Shown here one piece after another: positions 59,749-64,000 of a stretch of DNA of 64,000 nt; the stretch's first letter is position 1; each line of letters starts with the position of its first letter. Source of the stretch: Bacilli bacterium. Its GTDB lineage: Bacteria; Bacillota_I; Bacilli_A; RF39; UBA660. The stretch lies in NCBI GenBank assembly GCA_017432665.1, contig JAFRIS010000014.1:4383-68382 (forward strand), in the 5' to 3' direction. A model generated the notes under the pieces. The model had not been told where the DNA came from. It did no database searches and was given only the letters and a program-made list of their open reading frames with translations. Both the position numbers and the translations under genes were made by a program.

Positions 59749-59839
59749 TGAAAATATACATTGCAATGCAATGTATAGGAAAGATAGGAAATCTTTCTAT
59801 TTTTCCTATGCATTGAATTTAATAAAAGGAGATGATAAT

Positions 59840-60202
59840 ATGGTGGATCCTATAGAAGGAGCACGAAATGCTAATTTAGATGTGGATTATCCATCTATTA
59901 AACAAAAGGGGTATAGAGTAAAAGAAGCTGCAAGAGATGGTTTTAAAGCCGCAGCTAATAAACTTGAAAGTATTGATACTGGTGAAAAAACGACTGAGAA
60001 ATTAGGTTTTATACGAATTAATGATCATACTATGAAGCCTATGCTAGACGATGCTGCAGATATTATTAAAGGTTTGAAGAATAGTGTGTATGATCCTATT
60101 AATCAACTTGTGGATCATGCAGAACAAGTGCATGATGAACTTCAAAGAAGATATAATGAAGAAGCAAAAGCAGCAAAAGAAAATAACGGAGTTGCAGCTT
60201 AA
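59840..60202 (+). CDS. Hypothetical small protein, 121 aa
   Basis: The ATG at 59840 follows an AAAGGAGATGA RBS. The annotated upstream start lacks an RBS. Confidence 0.35.
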   Translation: MVDPIEGARNANLDVDYPSIKQKGYRVKEAARDGFKAAANKLESIDTGEKTTEKLGFIRINDHTMKPMLDDAADIIKGLKNSVYDPINQLVDHAEQVHDELQRRYNEEAKAAKENNGVAA

Positions 60203-60220
60203 TAAAAAGGAGGTTAAAAG

Positions 60221-63217
60221 ATGGGTTTTAAATCTTGGCTAACAGGTCGTTCTGAAATATATGCTGATGAAGACAAAGTAAATGGTCTTGTTACAGAAAT
60301 AGAAGCAGTTAGAACTGGTGATTTGGAAAAAGTTCGTGATGATATAGCAAGTGCAGTAAGAGATTTAAATGCATGTACTGGATTTCAAGAGTATGTATCT
60401 AATTCATTAAGTGCGGATTCTTTTGATACTATTGTTGACGCTGCAGGAGATACAATTGATAAGCTTGTATCAGTTATAAACGGAAATATGGAAGATATAA
60501 AAGCTTATTCAGAAGCTGGTACCGGAAAAAGAATACTTGCTACTGGATTAATGGGTCTTGCCAAATTTGGTGAAGGTGTTTTATCTGTTGGCGAAGAACT
60601 AGGTGATGGAGTTGTTTCAATCGTTGGTTGGTTAGCACCAAAAGATTCAGGTCTAGAAAAGTGGTGCACAAAAGCTGTTGAAAAGAAAGTGGCACATGGA
60701 ATATTTAATAAACTATATTATCAAACAAAATTATCAAAAGCTTCATATTTTACTGAGGATAGTGCTTTAGCAGGAGCATGTCTTATTGGTGGAAAAGCTT
60801 ATGGATACCTATGGGCTGGTGGATTCTTATCTGAGACAAAACTTGCTGGCTTAGTCGGTAAAACGAAACTAGCAAAGAAAATTGTAAATTTAAAAATAGC
60901 CTCTAATTCCACATGGGCAGCTACAGCAGTAGCTGCTGTCGGTGGAGCTGGTGTTGGTACTGAGATAGGATTAGATAAAGGATATTCAATAAATAAAGCT
61001 TTTGGAAAAGAAGGATTAAAATATGCAGGTATCCAAGGTGGACTTGCTTTCCTTGGAGGTAAAGCTGGGGAACGTTCATCTAGAAGTGCTCTAATAAAAG
61101 AACAGGATGATATTATAAAATCTTCTGAAGCCGAAATAAGAAAGATAACAGGTAATGAAACAACGGAGAGTGTTGATGATATTATAAAATTTACTGAGGA
61201 AGAAGCAAAGTTTTCAGGAGCGAGTGGCGAAGTTGCAAAAGTCGAAAAAATGAAACCACTTATTGAAAAAAGAGCTGGGGCTATTGCAGAAAGAGAAAGA
61301 CTTAACGGCACTAAATTGGCTGATTATGAAGGATATACAGATTCTGCTACTAGATCTGGACAAAATGCCGCTAAGAAGTTAAATAGTAAAACTAATAACT
61401 TGTTTAAAAGAAAAGGAGCAGGAACTGTAGCAGCAGAGAATGTAGATGATGCCGCTGCTAAGGCAACTCCAGAAACTCCTCCTGAAGGATCAGCAGAACC
61501 TCCAGCTAATGCAGAAGGCACAGGTACTAAGGCCACTAAAGGTGGTAAAGGTACTAAGGCTACTACTTCTACTGAACCAACACCTGTAGTTTCTGAAACG
61601 GGTACTGAAGCAGGAGCAGCAACTGCCGCAGAAGGAGGACCATCGGTGGCGTCTGGAACTGGAACAGCTGCAACTAAAACTACAAGAAAGATTGGGATTT
61701 TCAAGAAGAAGCCTGCCACAACTACAGCTTCTGAAGTAGCAGATGGTGCTACTGCTGATGCAAAAGCTGCTGTTGGTTCTGGAAAACGAAGATTACTTGG
61801 AAACGGAGAACCTAGAGAACCTATTACAAATAGAGGAAAAATAAAAGCAACAAAAGCTAAACTTGAAGAAGCTAGAGTGGCTGAAACAAGTGCAAATAAT
61901 GAATGGAGAACAGCAAAGGGAGAATTAAAAGATTCTGATGTTGTATTAACTAGAATTTCGGATCGCTTACCTGATAAAGTTAAATCAATTGTTAAGGGTC
62001 CAAGAGAAAAAGTAATCAACTTTGAAAATGCAGAACAAGCGGCTGCTAATGCAGGAAAGAGAGTTAAAGATCTTGAACAAGAATTGGCAAATTTAGAAGC
62101 AAAAACATTGAAGAATAGAGCTAGTGCTTTTGTTCATACTAGTCCAAAAGAACATCTTGAAAATCTTGGAAAAGGAATAGTAGAAACAGTTACTAGTCCA
62201 GCGGCGCCAGGAGTGGCAGCTACTGTGGCATATACTACTATTAGTGAGGCAAATAAAGTAAGTCCACTTATGCCAAAAATTGGTGAAAATAATCCTTCAA
62301 CTGATGATGCTTCTGCTGATACATCAGATACATCTAGTACATCTGATACTAGTACATCAGATACAAGTTCAAATGATAATGGAACTACAAATAATGATGG
62401 AGGATATAACGATTATAGCAATAACGGCGGAGGTGGAGGAGGATACGACACCAGTGGTGGTGATCAATATGTTCCACCTTCTAATCAAGAAAATACTGAG
62501 AATACAGAAAATACAGAAAACAATCAAAATAATGAAAATCAGGAATCAGTAGAAGAAGTTACACCAAGTGAAGAAGAAAACAACAATGAAAATACAGAAA
62601 ACAATCAAAATAATGAGAATACAGAAAATACGGAAAACACAGAAAACAATGAAAATACACAAAATAATACTGAGGGCAATAATAATACAAGTAATCAGGA
62701 TCCTGTAGTAATTCATACTGGAGGAGGAACATCTGAAGGAGATGGTTATGTTCCAGCATATTCAGGAGATTCATACGAGCCAGTTGTTGAACCAGAACCT
62801 GAGCCTGAACCAGTTGTTGAACCAGAAGAACCAACTGAAGATCCAGAAGTTCTTGAACCTGATGATCCAATTATAGAGTCAGATCCAGAAATTAATAAGA
62901 TACCTGTATCTCCTGATACTGATACTAATAAGAAGTCTGGAAGTTCAGTTATTCCAATTGCTGCTGGATTAAGTGCAGCTGCAGCTGCAGGTTTAGGAGC
63001 AAAAGCTTACATGGATCATAAACGTAATAATTCTGATGAAGAAGATGATGAATTTGAAGCAGATTCATGGGATGAAAATGAAGAAGTAAATGATTACTAT
63101 GCTGGTTCATCAGATAGCGATACATTTGATGATGACGATGAGTATCTTGCTCACGAGCCAATTGTAACAGAGAAATATGATGCTAGAACAAATGATGAAC
63201 TAGCAGATTTACAATAA
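60221..63217 (+). CDS. Large (998 aa) repeat-rich protein: helical N-terminal domain, Gly-rich middle, Thr/Ser/Glu/Asn low-complexity region, C-terminal TM and acidic tail. Candidate T7SS-type (LXG-like) effector or surface protein.
   Basis: There is no N-terminal signal peptide. Tandem ENT and EPEP repeats are present. A C-terminal TM (VIPIAAGLSAAAAAGLGA) is followed by an acidic tail. It is preceded by small helical proteins and followed by a DUF4176-like gene. Confidence 0.45.
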   Translation: MGFKSWLTGRSEIYADEDKVNGLVTEIEAVRTGDLEKVRDDIASAVRDLNACTGFQEYVSNSLSADSFDTIVDAAGDTIDKLVSVINGNMEDIKAYSEAGTGKRILATGLMGLAKFGEGVLSVGEELGDGVVSIVGWLAPKDSGLEKWCTKAVEKKVAHGIFNKLYYQTKLSKASYFTEDSALAGACLIGGKAYGYLWAGGFLSETKLAGLVGKTKLAKKIVNLKIASNSTWAATAVAAVGGAGVGTEIGLDKGYSINKAFGKEGLKYAGIQGGLAFLGGKAGERSSRSALIKEQDDIIKSSEAEIRKITGNETTESVDDIIKFTEEEAKFSGASGEVAKVEKMKPLIEKRAGAIAERERLNGTKLADYEGYTDSATRSGQNAAKKLNSKTNNLFKRKGAGTVAAENVDDAAAKATPETPPEGSAEPPANAEGTGTKATKGGKGTKATTSTEPTPVVSETGTEAGAATAAEGGPSVASGTGTAATKTTRKIGIFKKKPATTTASEVADGATADAKAAVGSGKRRLLGNGEPREPITNRGKIKATKAKLEEARVAETSANNEWRTAKGELKDSDVVLTRISDRLPDKVKSIVKGPREKVINFENAEQAAANAGKRVKDLEQELANLEAKTLKNRASAFVHTSPKEHLENLGKGIVETVTSPAAPGVAATVAYTTISEANKVSPLMPKIGENNPSTDDASADTSDTSSTSDTSTSDTSSNDNGTTNNDGGYNDYSNNGGGGGGYDTSGGDQYVPPSNQENTENTENTENNQNNENQESVEEVTPSEEENNNENTENNQNNENTENTENTENNENTQNNTEGNNNTSNQDPVVIHTGGGTSEGDGYVPAYSGDSYEPVVEPEPEPEPVVEPEEPTEDPEVLEPDDPIIESDPEINKIPVSPDTDTNKKSGSSVIPIAAGLSAAAAAGLGAKAYMDHKRNNSDEEDDEFEADSWDENEEVNDYYAGSSDSDTFDDDDEYLAHEPIVTEKYDARTNDELADLQ
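62488..62680 (+). repeat. Imperfect tandem 9-nt repeats (GAAAATACA/G and variants) encoding (ENT/ENN)n
   Basis: The repeats are visible directly in the DNA and lie inside the 998-aa gene. Confidence 0.7.
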
Positions 63218-63232
63218 AAAGGAGGAAAAATA

Positions 63233-63562
63233 ATGGAAGAGAAATTTTTACCTATCGGGACAGTTGTAATATTAAAAGGCGGACGAAGAGAATTAATGAT
63301 TATGAGTTATTGTGTTATGCCTGATGGACAAGGTTATGACAAAAATGGAGAAATTGATGTAAATGGAAAAATGTTTGATTATGGAGCATGCTTTTATCCA
63401 GAAGGAATGTTGACAAGTGATCAAATGTTTGTCTTCAACCATGATCAAATTGAAAAGATTTGCTTTAAGGGTTATGAGACAGATGCTCAAAAAGAAATAT
63501 CTCAAATTCTAATTGGTGGAATGGAAGAAATGGAAAAAGAGAAAAAAGAAAGTCAAGAATAG
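63233..63562 (+). CDS. DUF4176-like protein
   Basis: 109 aa. N-terminal MEEKFLPIGTVVILKGG is the typical start of the DUF4176 family, which is frequently linked to Firmicute T7SS loci. Confidence 0.5.
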   Translation: MEEKFLPIGTVVILKGGRRELMIMSYCVMPDGQGYDKNGEIDVNGKMFDYGACFYPEGMLTSDQMFVFNHDQIEKICFKGYETDAQKEISQILIGGMEEMEKEKKESQE

Positions 63563-63620
63563 ACTTTCTTTTTATTTGAATGATTAGTATAATATAGTTA
63601 GATGATTATAGGAGGTTACT

Positions 63621-64000
63621 ATGGCAAGTGTAGATTGGATTACTTGGAAAACAGATGCTAAAGAATTAATTAATTCTGAACAAATAGAAGAAGTTTTAAC
63701 AAAAAAAGCAAATGTTTTCAATAATAGTATTAATAATGTTTATAATAGTATTAAAATTGAAACAGAAAAAGGCGGACTAAATAAAGAATCTTTGTCTATT
63801 AATGGAGAATCTCCTAGTAATATTGCCGCTAATAAGATTTTGAAAAGAATAGAAAATATAAAAGTACTAATGGATAAATTTAATAATAAAATTAGTACTC
63901 AAGTAGCTGAACAGAAGAAAATAGAAAAAGAACAGTTAATAACTGCAATTGAAGAAAAAATAGATGAACAGGAAAGAATATTACAAAATACAATGTCTTT
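63621..64000 (+). CDS. Partial ORF running off the window (N-terminal 126 aa), helical; possible LXG-type N-terminus
   Basis: ATG at 63621 follows an AGGAGGT RBS. The frame is open to the window end. It is not in the ORF track. Confidence 0.4.
   Translation, partial: MASVDWITWKTDAKELINSEQIEEVLTKKANVFNNSINNVYNSIKIETEKGGLNKESLSINGESPSNIAANKILKRIENIKVLMDKFNNKISTQVAEQKKIEKEQLITAIEEKIDEQERILQNTMS

Noticed and set aside
60799-63505. Minus-strand and nested ORFs within the 998-aa gene and the DUF4176 gene (60799-61311, 61324-62019, 62280-62552, 62559-62870, 62949-63161, 63293-63505)
   Set aside because: They are low-complexity mirror frames of the repeat-rich plus-strand gene.
1-64000. CRISPR arrays, IS elements and transposases
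   Set aside because: No regularly spaced direct repeats with unique spacers and no transposase-like ORFs were seen. The only sizeable DNA repeats are the 368-bp hydrolase 5' duplication and the short in-gene tandem repeats.

Overview
This is low-GC Firmicute-type chromosomal DNA with the standard genetic code (TGA and TAA are used as stops) and strong AGGTGA-type ribosome-binding sites. Housekeeping genes frame the window: mltG, a yrrM-like O-methyltransferase, two U32 peptidases, an HD-domain dGTPase-like gene and greA upstream; dedA, rmuC, trpS, a rhomboid gene, an MscS channel, htpG, sepF, divIVA, a T-box leader, a CaCA antiporter, ileS, a fabG-like SDR, tRNA-Arg(TCT), a GT4 glycosyltransferase and a SEDS ftsW/rodA gene downstream. 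The main feature lies between greA and dedA at about 10.9-35.9 kb: one co-directional block of about 27 genes that ends in a strong terminator. The block opens with a class B sortase and a 1005-aa Cys-rich secreted protein. A Tad/Flp-type pilus module follows (CpaB, TadA/CpaF ATPase, TadB, TadC, a 55-aa Flp-like pilin missing from the ORF track, two TadE-like pseudopilins and a TadZ-like protein). It runs directly into a Gram-positive-type T4SS module: two VirB2/TrbC-like proteins, a VirB6-like protein, a PrgI/VirB3-like protein, a split VirB4, a SpoIID+CHAP hydrolase, a VirB8-position protein and a VirD4 coupling protein. No relaxase, integrase, replication gene or VirB11 is visible anywhere in the 64 kb. 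Paralogous N-anchored DUF5011/GVRPV-repeat surface proteins bracket the block. A second set of related genes sits 20 kb upstream. There the conserved mltG-yrrM-U32-U32 synteny is interrupted by two tandem cell-wall hydrolase paralogs whose N-terminal 2-TM domain is homologous to a VirB2-like protein of the T4SS module. Their 5' approx. 370 bp are about 98% identical and their NlpC/P60 domains are divergent. The window end holds a T7SS-effector-like cluster (small helical proteins, a 998-aa repeat-rich protein, a DUF4176-like protein and a partial ORF). Other features are a T-box with a likely Ile specifier ahead of CaCA-ileS, an ileS with altered class I signature motifs, and a consensus sigma-A promoter firing into a 650-bp ORF-poor convergent intergenic region.
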